A DNA stretch of 64,000 nt, taken from NCBI RefSeq assembly GCF_009914755.1, contig NC_060937.1; one strand, written 5' to 3'. The DNA is from the human T2T-CHM13v2.0 reference genome, Homo sapiens. Below the pieces are notes generated by a model. The model saw only the letters and a list, made by a program, of their open reading frames with translations. It was not told the DNA's origin and made no database searches. Position numbers and translations under genes: made by a program. Positions within the stretch are counted from its first letter, which is position 1. Each line of letters starts with the position of its first letter. This document shows positions 14,038 to 26,869 of this stretch, piece by piece.

Positions 14038-15669
14038 TAACTTCTGTGAGAATAACTTTGGCTATTCTCATACCTTTATTTTACATGGTCACTCAAAGAT
14101 CTAAGTACCATCACACTGGCAAATAAGAGCTGGAGACAGAAACAGCCCGTGATGCTGTGCCCTGAAATTTACCATTTACATATTTCCAACCTCAAGTGAT
14201 TTTCTTTGTTCTGAAACCTAAGACCTGGTTTGATATGTAAATTACACTCCATTTTTTTTTCAGTTCTCAGATAGGAAACCTCTTAGATTAATAACAGGCC
14301 AGTATGCTGTGACTTAGATATCGGGAATAATTTCTGGTGTTTCCCTCCTATGTTGATCCTGTAAGTATCACTAGGTTTACGGTGGTCTTAAAGCGGCCTA
14401 AAAGAACTGGACATGCGAGAAATACATGCTAGTCTACAATGAGGATCCTCCTAGTGTTTCTGTGTCATAAATGAATGATATTTCCTAAGACCCTTGAGTC
14501 TTAACAGATCTTGATGTGACTGTATCTTCTGGAGAATAAAAGAATCTGAGCACTTCATTACATCTTACATCATTTTCGTGTTTTTGAATCCAGTGTTCTT
14601 TGACTTCGTAACCATCCTTAAAACTTTGAGTTTGGACTGTCGTCAGGTCTGGGTATGAAACACAAGATCTTGTTTGAGTGCTCAAAATACAGCAGAACTA
14701 TTACCTCCCTTTAGGTGAGCATGAAATTTTTATTAGTGAAACCTAAGATCGTGTATTTTAAAAATTTGTTGTTAGAATCCTCATTTCTAAGAAGTAAAAA
14801 GGCAGTACTTTTCTACACTGCCTTTTTAGTAGATTTTTATGTGTTTCATGTTCTTTCTTCAGAAAAACCTCCTTAATGGCCTAACACATTGTATAAAAAT
14901 TGTTAACCTGTACAGTGTACAGAATGTCAGGATGTAATTTGTGCATATGGTAAATGCAACTAAAATAAATATACCCAGTTGTACCTGAAAGCATAATGTT
15001 TTTGTGTCAGACTATGCAACCTGAAAGAACTGTAATATTTTTTGATAGGAGCAGTTGAAGTGTCAGAATAGAAGTTTTTAAAGGAATAGATGAGAGTACT
15101 GCATTCTATAAATAACCAGAGAAATTCAATCATGTAAGAAAAGTTGGGACAGTTCTTCTCAACATACATCCAGTTTTGTTATGAATTCTGCTTATTAAAA
15201 TAAATTTTATTTTAGAGTTTGACATACTGTGTAAAGTTTCCTCTTTGGTCATTTTTTTAAATAGGATGAATCATACCAAGTTATAACATGAAGACCGTGA
15301 AATTATTAAAAAATCTTAAAGAGCAGGTAAACTTGATTGGAACAATCTAAACAAGCACAGTCTGGGCAGCCATGATAATGTTAGAAATTTATCAAAGTGT
15401 ACACATCTGCTCAGTATTTCTGGTATAAGAATTCTGAAAATATGACAGTTTTTTTCTCCATGACTTTAGTCTCTTTGGTAGCAAAGCATATGGTAGTTCT
15501 CAATCTTCTGATTTGTATTAGATGACTAGTTTTAATTTTTAACAAATTTAAGCGGGTGCAGTGGATGTTAACATCAGATCCTATGGGTGCCCTTCAGACA
15601 GCAGGAGGGGCTTCTCCACCTCTTCACATTCTGGCAGAGCTCAGTGATAGAAAGCATGAGGCCTGGGGG

Positions 15670-16205
15670 CGCATTGATTCATTCTGTTAACCTGCTCCTA
15701 GCGCTGGCTCTGCACAGAGCACTGGGATGTGTTGTGGAAAAGTGTTATTAAAGGGGGAAGAATGTTAGCGGGCAGCTTATCCTGTATTAACGAGGGCTTC
15801 ATAGAGTGGTAGCATGGGAACTGGGCCTGGAATAATTTATTAGATGGACTAAGTGAAACAGCGAGGTCCATGCGGAAGGAACATGGCAGAGGCATGGAGA
15901 TTTGCAGCTTCTTTAGGAAACGGGCCAGTTTTATGGATAGATACAGAGTGTGTGGGTTGGTTGTCACTGAAAATAAAGCCAGATGGGTAGGTTGGGGCCA
16001 GATTGTGGGGGGATTTCAGCGCCAGTCTACGTTTGGAGGTTTTTTTTTTTTTTTTTTTGACAGAATTGGGTATCTTTAGGTTTTAAAATAGAGAATTGAC
16101 ATAATTTTATATTTTGAAGAGAAGTTCTGAGCGGCACTGTGGATAAGTAATGTAGGGAGGCCAGTGAGGAAACTACTGTTGTAGTGTAAGCACAAGATAA
16201 TAATG
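15670..16205 (-). mobile_element. L2 remnant
   Basis: cattgattcattc terminus followed by degenerate L2 antisense motifs (ggggccagattgtggggg, ggaggccagtgagga). Confidence 0.6.
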
Positions 16206-16271
16206 TTTTTACACATTGTCATATTTTCCAGATTTTTATAATGCTATATATTGCTTTTGTGATCACAATAA

Positions 16272-17292
16272 ATTTTTTAAACTTTTATTTTAGGTTCGGG
16301 GTACATGTGCAGGTTGTTATATAGGTTAGCATGTGACAGGGGTTTCATATACAGATTATTTTGTCACCCAGGTACTAAGCCTAATACCCTACCCAATAGA
16401 TATTTTTTCTGCTCCTCCCCACCCATCCCTCACCCTCAGGTAGGCTCCAGTGTCTGCTTCTCTCTTTATGTCCATGAGTTCTAATCACTTAGCTGTCACT
16501 TGTAAGTGAGAACATGCAGTATTTGGTTTCTGTTGCTGTGTTAGTTTGCTAAGGAGAGTGACCTCTAGCTCCATCCATGTTCCTGCAAAGGATGTGATCT
16601 CATTCTTTTTTATGACTGCATGGTATTCCACGGTATGTATGTTCCACATTTTCCTTATTCTGTCTTCCACTGATGGGCATTTAGATTGATTCCATGTCTC
16701 TGCTGTTGTGAATAGTGCTACAGTGAACATATGCATGCATGTGTCTTTATGATAGAACAATTTATGTTCCTTTGAGTACATACCCAGTAATGAGATTGCT
16801 GGGTTGAATGGTAGTTCTGATTTTAGCTCTTTGAGGAATTGCCACACTGCTTTCCACAGTGGTTGAGCTAATTTACATTCTTACCAACAGTGTGTGTAAG
16901 TGTTCCTTTTTCGCCACAACCTTGCCAGCATCTCTTATTTTTTGACTTGTTAGTAATCGCCATTCTGACTGGTGTAAGATGGTATCTCATTGTGGTTTTG
17001 ATTTGCATTTCTCTAATTGTGAGTGATATTGAGCTTTTTTTTCATAGCTTGTTGACCTCATGTATGCCTTCTTTTGAGAAGTGTCTGTTCATATCGTTTG
17101 CATGCTTTTTAATGGGGTTGTTTGTTGTTTTCTTATCAATTTGTTTCAGTTCCTTATAGATGCTAGATATTAGACCTTTGTCAGAGGCGTAGTTTTCAAA
17201 TATTTTCCCCTGTAAATTTGTCTATTTACCTGGGAAAAAATAAACAGACATAGTCTGTTGTCTGTTAACTCTGTTGTTAGTTTCTTTTGTGG
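16272..17292 (-). mobile_element. L1PA (old) 3' end
   Basis: ORF 16485..16847 resembles the ORF2p C-terminus (WQFLKELKSELPFNPAISLLG...GTWMELE). Confidence 0.92.
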
Positions 17293-17359
17293 GATTGCAG
17301 TAATTTTTAAGTTGACACTGTAGAACTCAGGAGGAGCAGATGGAGAGGCTGTGCAGTCT

Positions 17360-18020
17360 CCTAGTCAGTCCTGGTGCTCTGAGTCTCACCCCAGATTCTC
17401 TATTTATTACTTAATCTATACCTCTCTTAGCCTCACTTTCTTTATCTCTAAAAATGAGAATAATAGCAGAACATAAAGCACTTGATTGTTAAAAGTACTG
17501 AATGAAAGCTCTTAGAATAGGGCCTGGCATTCAGAATATAATCAACAAATTCAAACCCCCCCCCACCTGACATGCAAAGCCCCCTGGGTCAGGTTTCCTC
17601 CCGCTTCCTCCCTTGAGCCTGTTTGTGTCTCTTTCTGTCTTCTCACTACGCATAACCCACAGTGGCCTCGATTCAGTTCTTCAGGCATGCCACCCTCTTT
17701 CTGTCCTAAGGGCCTTTTATTTGCCACGTCTTCTAGAATGTACTTCAACTCTCTCCAAGGCTGGCTCTGTCTCCTCCTTTGGGTCTCAACATAAATGTCT
17801 CTGCCTCAGAGGGACAGGATGCCTTGATCACCCTCTCTCCAGTGACCTCTTCTCAGCCAGATGCTGTCTAACACACCCTGTGTTTTCTTCACTTTCTTTA
17901 TTGTGATCTATAATTTTCTTATTTTGCTTTTACACATTTATTATCTCTCACCCCGCTGCAGCATATAGTCTGTGATAACAAAGGGATTTAAAACATCAAG
18001 ATCTCTTGAATAAATGTTAA
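17360..18020 (+). mobile_element. MIR (about 17360-17550) followed by an L2 3' end
   Basis: gcctcactttctttatctctaaaaatgagaataata (MIR core); L2 motifs cacagtggcctc...ttcttcaggcatgcc. Confidence 0.65.
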
Positions 18021-18101
18021 TAATAGCAATGCAGTGGTAGTAGTTATTGTTATTTTTCCTATAATTATCAAGAAGTGATTAGGTCCTGAGATGTTTTGGA
18101 G

Positions 18102-18268
18102 CAGGGGTGGGTTTTGTTGTCTCTGTTGCAACTACTCACCTCCGATGTTATAGTGCAAAGGCAGCCACAGACAATATGTAAATGAATGACATGGCTGTGT
18201 TTCACTACAACTCTTTTTACAAAAACAGGTGGCTAGTCCATGGGCTGTAGTTTGCTGAATGATCGCTG
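18102..18268. mobile_element. MER58A-like hAT-Charlie MITE (internally deleted)
   Basis: cagggg start, gtctctgttgcaactactca...gcagccacagacaata; 8-bp TSD ttttggag / ttttagag. Confidence 0.85.
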
Positions 18269-18294
18269 TTTTAGAGAATCACCTTTGAGATGAT

Positions 18295-19560
18295 CAGATT
18301 CATTCCTTTATTCATTCAGTGATTTTCTGAGGACCTATTATGGGCCAGATGCTGGTCTATGTATGTAGAAGGCACAGATTAAATGCATAGTCCATAACTT
18401 AATGGGTATATAAAGAGATAAATCAGTAATTCATTAGGAAGAGATGAATACTTGATGGAGACATGTGCAGAATGCACAGGAGGAGAGGAACCCACTAGGC
18501 TTGGGCAGAGATGTGCTCTGGAAAGTTTTCTAAGCCAAGTTGTGTTGGATTTTGAAGGAAAAATACAAGTTTGCCAGGCTGAGCATGGGCAAAGGTAGAA
18601 TATAGATCTGTCAAGGAGGGAGGCTGTCAATTTGGGTTATTAGGATCCCTTAAAGGGGCCAGTTACTCAGTAGGGGAACACTGGGGTATGTTTTATAGGA
18701 TTGGGGGTGGTGGAAGATAGTTGTTTGACACATGCAGAGTTTGAGGTTCCTAAGGGACATTTAGGTAGAAATTTCCAAAATGCTGAAATTGGAGCTAAGG
18801 AGAAGTCTGAGCCAAAGATACAATGTGGTGTCATTACCCCATGGATGTGAGTTGAAGCCATGGGAATAGATGAGCAGATTCAGAGAGAGGGGGGAGGATA
18901 GAGTAAGGAGATGATCAAGAAGGAAACTTTCCATCCATATTGAAGGGGTGAGGAGAGAAGCCAGCAAGAGACAGAACACTGTAGGGTGGGAGTGGGGAGA
19001 CACCAGGAAAATGTAGTGTATGAGGCTAAGGAAGAGGGAGTTTCCAAGTAGAAAGTGGTCAAGACTGTCTCATAGACAAGAGGACCAGTAAAAATACAGA
19101 GAGGCTGTTGGGATTGGAAATTAGGAAGCAGTTGGTGACCTAGTTTTGAATGAGCAATTTTAGTAAAACGTGGGAGTGGAAGTCACATATTAATTAGTAG
19201 GTTGAGAAGTGAATGGAAAGTGGGGAAGTAGAAGCAATGAGAATAGACGGCTGTTTCTAAAAATGTGCTGATGGATAAAAGAGCCACGGGTGCTGACTGG
19301 AGGGGGAAGAAGAGTTGAGTTTCATTTTATGTTTCAGAGCATGGTGGGAGAGATTGGAAGGAATGTGAAATAGAAGTGCTACAGTGGCCTGTGGAGAGAA
19401 GTTGGTGAAAGGTATGGGGGTGATAACTGTTAGACAAGGCCCTCCAGAGAACAGGAAATGAGGGATTGAGGTCACATGCAGAAGGGTGGATCCTGGAATG
19501 TAAGTGGAACACTGATTCTTCTAAGACCAAAGAGGGAAAAAATAGGTGAAAAACAGAGTG
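18295..19560 (-). mobile_element. L2 remnant
   Basis: attcattc terminus, tgaggacctattatgggccag, long purine-rich L2 antisense body. Confidence 0.7.
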
Positions 19561-20114
19561 GGCAAAGATTCCTGTGAGAAGAATAAAAACAATTAATTGA
19601 TTGGCATCACCTCAGTGCCACTTCACTATTTTTTACCACTGTTTTACTTAATTTTACAACTATACTATCTACCAAGGAAGTTTAAATCAAATGGGAAAAT
19701 ATCCCCATAAGACAAACTAGTGAATTACTGAGATGGTGTAAAAGAGAAGATGGTCTTATTATAATTCCTTTGGGTCTTAATGATACCATTGACCTTGGAA
19801 CTTATCTTGGAGGCTGCAAAAGAACCATTCAATTTGTTCTGATATTTAGTATATATCACAGTGTTACCCATTTCTACATATTATTGAAATGGACATTGGC
19901 AATGCCTGTATTTTCACTGTGCATTCAACAAACAAAATTGTCCTATCTTTGGCTTACTTTCATTGCAACTCAGCATGCCTAGTAATGTCCTGAAGAAACA
20001 TTAAAAATCCAAGTTTCCTCCGTCTACACCCAGAGAGTCAGCTTCAGTGGCTCTGGAGTGTGAAGCACAGGTGTAATAAATATTTCTCAATTTATTTGGA
20101 GAAACACTATATCT

Positions 20115-20755
20115 TTAATCAGTATTTACTGAGCACCTACTGTGCATCAGATATCCTCAGGCACTGAAGACAGAACCATAAACCAGATAGAAGAGGTTCC
20201 ACAGTCAATTATGATACCATGTAATTGACTGTTGTGAGGCAGAGTGTCTGAGATCAGAACATTGGAGATGAATTCAACCCCCAGTTGAAGTCCAGGAAGT
20301 TTATCAGGTATAGTGTAGTACGAAGGGCAAAGGATTTGAGGTGTGAGGGTGAGGAAATGGCAGGAAAGGAAGAAAGGGTGCTTCAGACAGAGGGAATGGT
20401 ATATGTAAAGATTGGCACAGGTAGATTGTAGAGTGTCAGGGGAAAGATGAGAAAAGGGACTGGAGAAGATTGTGACACCACTGTGAGCTGCTGAGGAGTT
20501 TGCCTTTTATCCTAAGAGCAAGATGGTGCCATTGTAGGGTTTAAGCAAGGGATTGATACGATCCTCCTTCTTTTTTAGAAACTTTAGTTGGACTGAAGTT
20601 TGGAAGACAGGAGTGGAGTAGGGTAGGGTAGGAAGGATTGGACATAAAGAGACCCCTTAGGAGGCTGTTGCAGAATACCAGAAAGGACAGCCCAACTTAG
20701 GTAGTGGGAGGGTAGGGGATGGAGAGAAGTAGATGGGTTTAAGGAGGTGGATTTA
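20115..20755 (-). mobile_element. L2 remnant
   Basis: tatttactgagcacctactgtgcatcag is the typical L2 3' end in reverse. Confidence 0.75.
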
Positions 20756-20765
20756 ATTAAATTCC

Positions 20766-21259
20766 TTTATTAGTCAGGGTTTTTCAGAGAAGCAGAACCA
20801 ATATGAAATAAGAGATTTAATGTAAAATATTGGCCTATATGGTTATGGAGGCTGAGAAGTCCCATGATCTGCTGTCTGCAAGGTGGAGACCCAGGAAAGC
20901 TAGTGTTTCAGTTTGAAGACCTGGGAGCCTGAGAGCCAATGGTATAGATTCCAGTCTGAGTCTGCAGCCTGAGAACCAGGAACATCAAAGGCAGGAAAAG
21001 ATTGATGTCCTAGTTCAATCCGTCAGGTCGGGCAGAGTGTGAATGTAACCTTCGTCTACCTTTTTGCTCTTTTCAGATTGTCAACAAATTGGATGGTACC
21101 CACCCACATTGGGGAAGGCCATCTGCTTTCCTCAGTCAACCAATTCAAATGCTAATATCTTCTAAAAACACCCTCACAGACACACCAGAAATAATGTTTA
21201 ACCAGATATCTGAGTATCCCATGTCCTACTCAAGGTGACACATAAAATTAACTATGACA
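20766..21259 (-). mobile_element. MLT2B-like ERVL solo LTR
   Basis: attagtcagggtttttcagagaagcagaaccaata...caccctcacagacacacc...cataaaattaactatgaca. Confidence 0.85.
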
Positions 21260-22660
21260 CCTCCTGACACTGTGAGCCACATTCACATAAGAATAATTTG
21301 AAAGGGAAAAGAATTAAGGAAGAAAAAGCAAGGAAAAGCAGCTCTAGCTCAACTCTACTGGCAAAAATCCATAACTAATTCGAAGAGATTTAGCTGAAGC
21401 GTATGGCCCTTGCAATGACCTGATTCGTCTGTAATTGTGTTTGTTTTTTAAAATGGATAGTAAAGATGAGGATGAATAATTTGGATTTTTTTTGTCCTGT
21501 TACTTTTGACCTTTGGTTGATATAAAATCTCAAAGTATCTGTCCTGTTTATCATTGTATATGAGCTCCTAGCACAAAGCTTTCTTCTGGATTTTATAACA
21601 AAAAGGGGATGTATCCTATTTTCTACACTCTTCCCTTCATTATTCCAAAACCATATAAAAATCATGACTTCAAAGCATAGGCTGAGAAGGTGGACAGTAC
21701 TGAGTGATTTGGGTAGATGGAATCTCATGCTGGAGAGAGGGGATGGAATCATGCAATAAATATTTACTGGACACCAGCTGTGCTGGGCTTTCTATCTCGG
21801 GATGGCTTTTCCTGTTTCTCCTGGTGCCTGCCTCTGAAATTTTCAATTCTGCTCTTTGTTTACCTTCTCAAATGTTCCTCTGGAACCTCTACTCACCTTT
21901 CTCTTGAGGGTTAATCCATGTGTTTCTCCTCTCTGGTTTACTTATTTATTTTGCTGGAGTACATCCTTGGTAATTTCCTAAGAGAGAGTTCAAAGAAAGC
22001 AAACTTGCAGAATGTTAATATTTTTGAAATCATCTGTAGTCTGCATTTACTAGATTAAAAATCATTTTCTAGGTTGAAAAGAGTTTTCAACTATAGAGAC
22101 TTCCAGTGTTGTTCAAGAGAAACGGTAACACCAGTTGGGTAAATATTCTTTTGTAGGTGATCTGATTTCTTTTTTTTCCTCCTTGAAAGCTTTAGAATCT
22201 TCTCTCATCCCTGGTGTTTTAAAACTTTTTAGTGGCATTTGTGTGTGGATGTGTGTATATGCTCGTGAGAATGTGTGTCAGAGAGAGAGAGAGGTTTATG
22301 TTGCTAAGGATTTGTTAAACTGTTTGAAACTTGTCTCTCTGTTTGAAACTTGTCTCTCCCTTCAGCTCTGGGCAATCATCTTGTGTTCTTGTTAGTTTCT
22401 ACCTCTCTGTTTTCTCTTTCTTTCTGGAATTTCTGTTATTTGCTTTTGGACTTCATAAAGTGATTACCTGTATCATTACCTTTTTCTGGTGTGATTTCTC
22501 TTACCTTATGTTTTCCTTCTGCATTTTAGACAATCTTACTTGACTTAATTTTCTAACCCTTCAGTTGAATTTTTGTTTTGGTATTTTTAATTTCTAAGAA
22601 TGCCTTCTTGGCTTCTGATTGCTTGTTTTTTTTTTTGGTTTTTGTTTATTTATTGATTTA

Positions 22661-22943
22661 TTTTTTTGAGACAGAGTCTCATTCTGTCGCCCAGGCTGGA
22701 GTGTAGTGGTGCTATCTCGTTCACTGCAACCTCTGCCTCCCGGGTTCAAGCGATTCTCCTGCCTCAGCCTCCTGAGTAGCTAGGACTACAGGTGTGCGCC
22801 ACTATGCCTGGCTAATTTTTTTTTTAGTAGAGATGGGGTTTCACCATGTTGGTCAGGCTGGTCTCCAACTCCTGACCTCGTGATCCTCCCACCTCAGCCT
22901 CCCAAAGTGCTGGGATTACAGGTGTGAGCCACCGTGCCCAGCA
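22661..22943 (-). mobile_element. AluS element within degenerate L1M (about 21900-23850)
   Basis: Dimeric Alu; flanking repeat ttgcttgttttt on both sides. Confidence 0.95.
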
Positions 22944-23051
22944 TCTTGCTTGTTTTTATAGCACATTGTTCTTTATTTTATTGTTGCAATATCTTCCCAA
23001 ATTTCTCTGAGGATACTAATTAGATTTTTTAAAAGATCTCTATGTTGCTTG

Positions 23052-23053
<2 letters not shown>

Positions 23054-23100
<47 letters not shown>

Positions 23101-23358
23101 AGACAGAGTCTCCCTCTGTTGCCCAGGCTGGAGTAAAATTGGCATGATCTGGGCTCACTGCAACCTCTGCCTCCCGGGTTCAAGTGATTCTACTGCCTCA
23201 GCCTCCTGAGTAGCTGGGATTACAGGTGCGTGCCACCATGCCCGGCTAATTTTTGGTATTTTTATTAGAGACGGGGTTTCACCATGTTGGTCAGGCTGGT
23301 CTCGAACTCCTGACTTCATGATCCGCCCGCTTTGGCCTCCCAAAGTGCTGGGATTACA
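23054..23358 (-). mobile_element. 5'-truncated AluS with a pure 46-nt tail
   Basis: T46 at 23054-23099; TSD gcttgaatt at 23047-23055 and 23359-23367. Confidence 0.95.
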
Positions 23359-25589
23359 GCTTGAATTCTCTTTATATTCTTCAGGGCAGTTTTTCTTTGC
23401 TTTTTATTTGTTTTATGCTGGAAGATTTTCTCAAATTCTTTGTGATCTTTTATTATTGAGTTGGATGAGCTTGAGTTAATTTGTTCAAATTCTTCAGAAG
23501 TCTGTTTCCTCCAACTCCGAGGTGTGGCAGGGGGTGGGAGTAAGAGGAAAATGTATGCGTACTGGGTGCTTACCCTATGCCCAGAAGAGGAGATGGTGGG
23601 TGGGGGTATATAGTTCCTGCCTCATTTCTCAGCCCATTTCTTCCTCCATCTTCCCTTGGATCTGTATCTTGGAGTTTCTGGGCCTCCAGGCTGGTAGGTC
23701 AGCAGGTTCTTCTTCTACTGCAGCATTGCTGTCTCATCTGCTGCAGGCTGTGCATCTCTTCCTCTGTTCATCAGTTTAGGGCCTCCATCTGTGTCCTGTT
23801 TCCAGAAATTGTGACATATCTAGCTCAGTAAGTACTTGTCTCTTTTCTCTTTTTTTGATCTAGGTTTAAATATGCAGAGTGCTTAATAGAAAGCACTCAG
23901 TAAATGTTGGTTGTTATTTTTAATTCTACCTCTTACAATTGAATTACTCTCATTTTCAAGCATCTTTGATTAGAGAGGATAAAAATACCTGTATTCTGTC
24001 TCATCTTGTGCTGGCAGTCTCGCCAAAATCTAGTCAACAAAACATTGACTAGATTCTCTTAAATCCAGTCAATGTTGTTGACCAGCATCTCTGAGGGTGC
24101 TTTGCAGTATTGTAAAATGAGTGCATTTCAACTGTATTGTAAAAACATTATGAAAATGCGTTTTAAGGGCACTCCATAGAAAAGACTTCTTATGTCATCA
24201 TACTACAATTTTCTGAGTTGTTTCCTTAGCAAATAGAATACCTGCTTTAATTTTACTTCCATTTTGAAATGCTAAAGCCACTGATCAGAAAACATGATTC
24301 AACTGAATTTGCTCACAAAAAATATTGTTTCTTTTAATTTGCTTTTGGGCCTCTGATGTTTCTCCTGAAAATCACTGTTATGAAGGATCCAGGGGCTTTA
24401 GCAATCCATATTTATAACATAACAGTTGAGTAGCATTAGTAGATTTAGAATCAGTTAAAAATCATTGACCAACTCTTCTAATTCTGAAAGATATTAGTAC
24501 AAGGTCACTCAGTATTTGACGTATCTTTTCAAACAGTGTCTATTTATAAGCAGATCTGTCCAGCAACAAAGCCTGACATTTGCAGCATTTATATATGACT
24601 TGTACCTTACCTTTTGCTAATTTCCTTCTGTTGGTAGCACTTTGTCATGTTCATTCCACAATCCTTCACTTTCCATTTCCCTTCTATGACATTGGGTTAA
24701 CTCTCTCTGGTGGTCGTTTTATTCTAATCCGGTGGAAAAGATGTCACTAGATATTTGTGAATGTCTGGGTTATATGCAGTCACTTTCAATGATACAACAC
24801 GACCCAAACAGAAGTGCAAATGCAGACACTCAGGTCTTTGGATTATTCTAATAACCCAAAAATGCTTAACCTCAATTTCTTAGGTTGTTGAAAGAAAGTC
24901 ACCTCAAGATTTGAACCTCAATTAAAAACACACTGCATGAATAGGTTTATTTGGTTTTATAGTTTCTTGCTCAGTTAGCCTCGTGTTTTGTATTTACCTT
25001 CAACCAATCTCTTCACAACTCCAAAAACATTAACAAAATAGAACAAAACAAACAACTTTGACTAGTTTCTCTTTCTGGCCTGGATATTAAATAATGCCAG
25101 GGAACCACAACTATCTGATGAGTCTTTCTATTATTGCTCATAATTCCCAGGTTGTGTACACATGTGTAATGAGGTTAGTGAAAGGCGGGTGTGTGTGTTT
25201 GGGGGTGGGGGGTTACCCTTTACCTTTTGCTACATAGATTTTTAAAATCAAAAGCATGAGGTCTAAGCTTTCCTCCATCTGTTTACAGCCTTGCCTGTGC
25301 AGGCACCATGTGTACATCTTGCCCTTCTTCATTATTCACCTTTCTGGGGCTCACTTTGCTGATCACGGGGAGTAACCCTACAGGCTGACCACTCTGTAGG
25401 AGAGCCTCCCATAGAGCTTTTCAGACCAAAGTTTCCTAAAGTCCCTACAAATGATTGTATTTTCAGGTGTGCATGCTCTCAGTGGGACATGGTTTAACTA
25501 CAGTGGTTCCCTTGGAGATCTTTCAGGTATGTAGACCTTTTCTCATTCCTATAACAAAGAGGATTACTCTTTGCTCACCCCCAAGCCTC

Positions 25590-26170
25590 TCAACTAATCA
25601 TTCAGCAAGACCTGCGAATTCTGTAACTTAATCCATCCGCTCAGCCCCGTTCCTGCTCTCAGAACACCAGGATTTCTCTCTTTATTGGCTGCCTCCCAAC
25701 TGATTTCCCTGTCTTCAGCCTTGCCCCTCTCCAGCCCATCTTCCACGTAGCAAATCATACCCAGTTCTCCCTCCTTTAAAATTCTTTGTTGGCTCCACAT
25801 TGCTGTCAGAAGAAGGGCCAGACACCTTAATGTCAAGCAAGACTCTTCCAGCTGACCTCTGCAGTTTCTGCTCCCCTAAAATGCCCTATTTCTTCTATAG
25901 TCCTAACTTGACTAGCTCCTTTTTATCCTTTATGACTCAGGTCAAGTTTACCTCCTCCAGTAACCTATTCCTTGCTTAGTCCGGGTGGTGCTAGGGATCC
26001 CCTCTCCTGTGTGCTCCCACAGCTCTGGGTCCATGCCTCCGTCATGCCACTTAGCACCCTTTAGTATCATTTTTCTGCACATGTGTGTCTGATAGCAGGA
26101 ACTGTGCGTCATTTTTTAAAATTATTTCATAAGAGCTGTCATGGCACGCGGTGTACGTTCAATGATTATT
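25590..26170 (+). mobile_element. L2 remnant
   Basis: ctcccaactgatttccctg...cccctctccagcccatcttccac...tttaaaattctttgttggctccac. Confidence 0.7.
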
Positions 26171-26489
26171 TCTCAAACTCAGCTGAACTGAGTGAAGGCA
26201 GAGGATATGTCTTCACTGTTCTCTTCCTTCTCCTACTTCTTCAGCTTTACTGTCCCTGAGGTAATTTTCATTTTCTAAGCTTCTGTGCTCCTCTCAAGTG
26301 ACTGCAATACTGACACTACGAGTGCTTCTATTTTAGTCACCTATCTCCTGGGTTGAGAGGGGCTGATCTTGTTCCCAATTTTCTGTATCTTTGATCTTAC
26401 TTCTTTATTTTCCTTTCCCGGAACTAGTTAACTAGCTAGCTAGCTCTAGGGCTCTCTCAGTGTCTGTCTCTGACTTTCTGTCTCTCTTA

Positions 26490-26850
26490 AACCACAGTTT
26501 TATTGAGATATAATTCACATATTTCACCATATATTTCCACCATTTAAAGCATAAATTCAAATATTTTAATCCTATCCACAGAGTTGTGCAACCATCACTA
26601 CAGTAATTTGAGAACATTTCATCACCCTAAAAAGAAACTTATCAATATACTGTCGCTCCAGATTTCTCAAGCCCCAGCCCCTGGCAACTACTAATCTACT
26701 TTCTGTCTCTATACATTTGCCTATTCTAGACATCTTATATGATGGAGTTATACAATCTGTGTGACCTTTTATGTCTGGCTTCTTTCACTTGCCTTAATGT
26801 TTTCAAGGTTCATCCAGTTTACACCATATATCAGCATTTCATTCCTGTGT
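26490..26850 (-). mobile_element. L1MB-like 3' end
   Basis: cagttttattgagatataattcacat...cccagcccctggcaactactaatctactttctgtctct. Confidence 0.85.
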
Positions 26851-26869
26851 TAATCTACTCAGGCTGCCC

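Noticed and set aside
26425-26448. (ctag)n self-complementary run
   Set aside because: Short microsatellite at a decayed L1 tail
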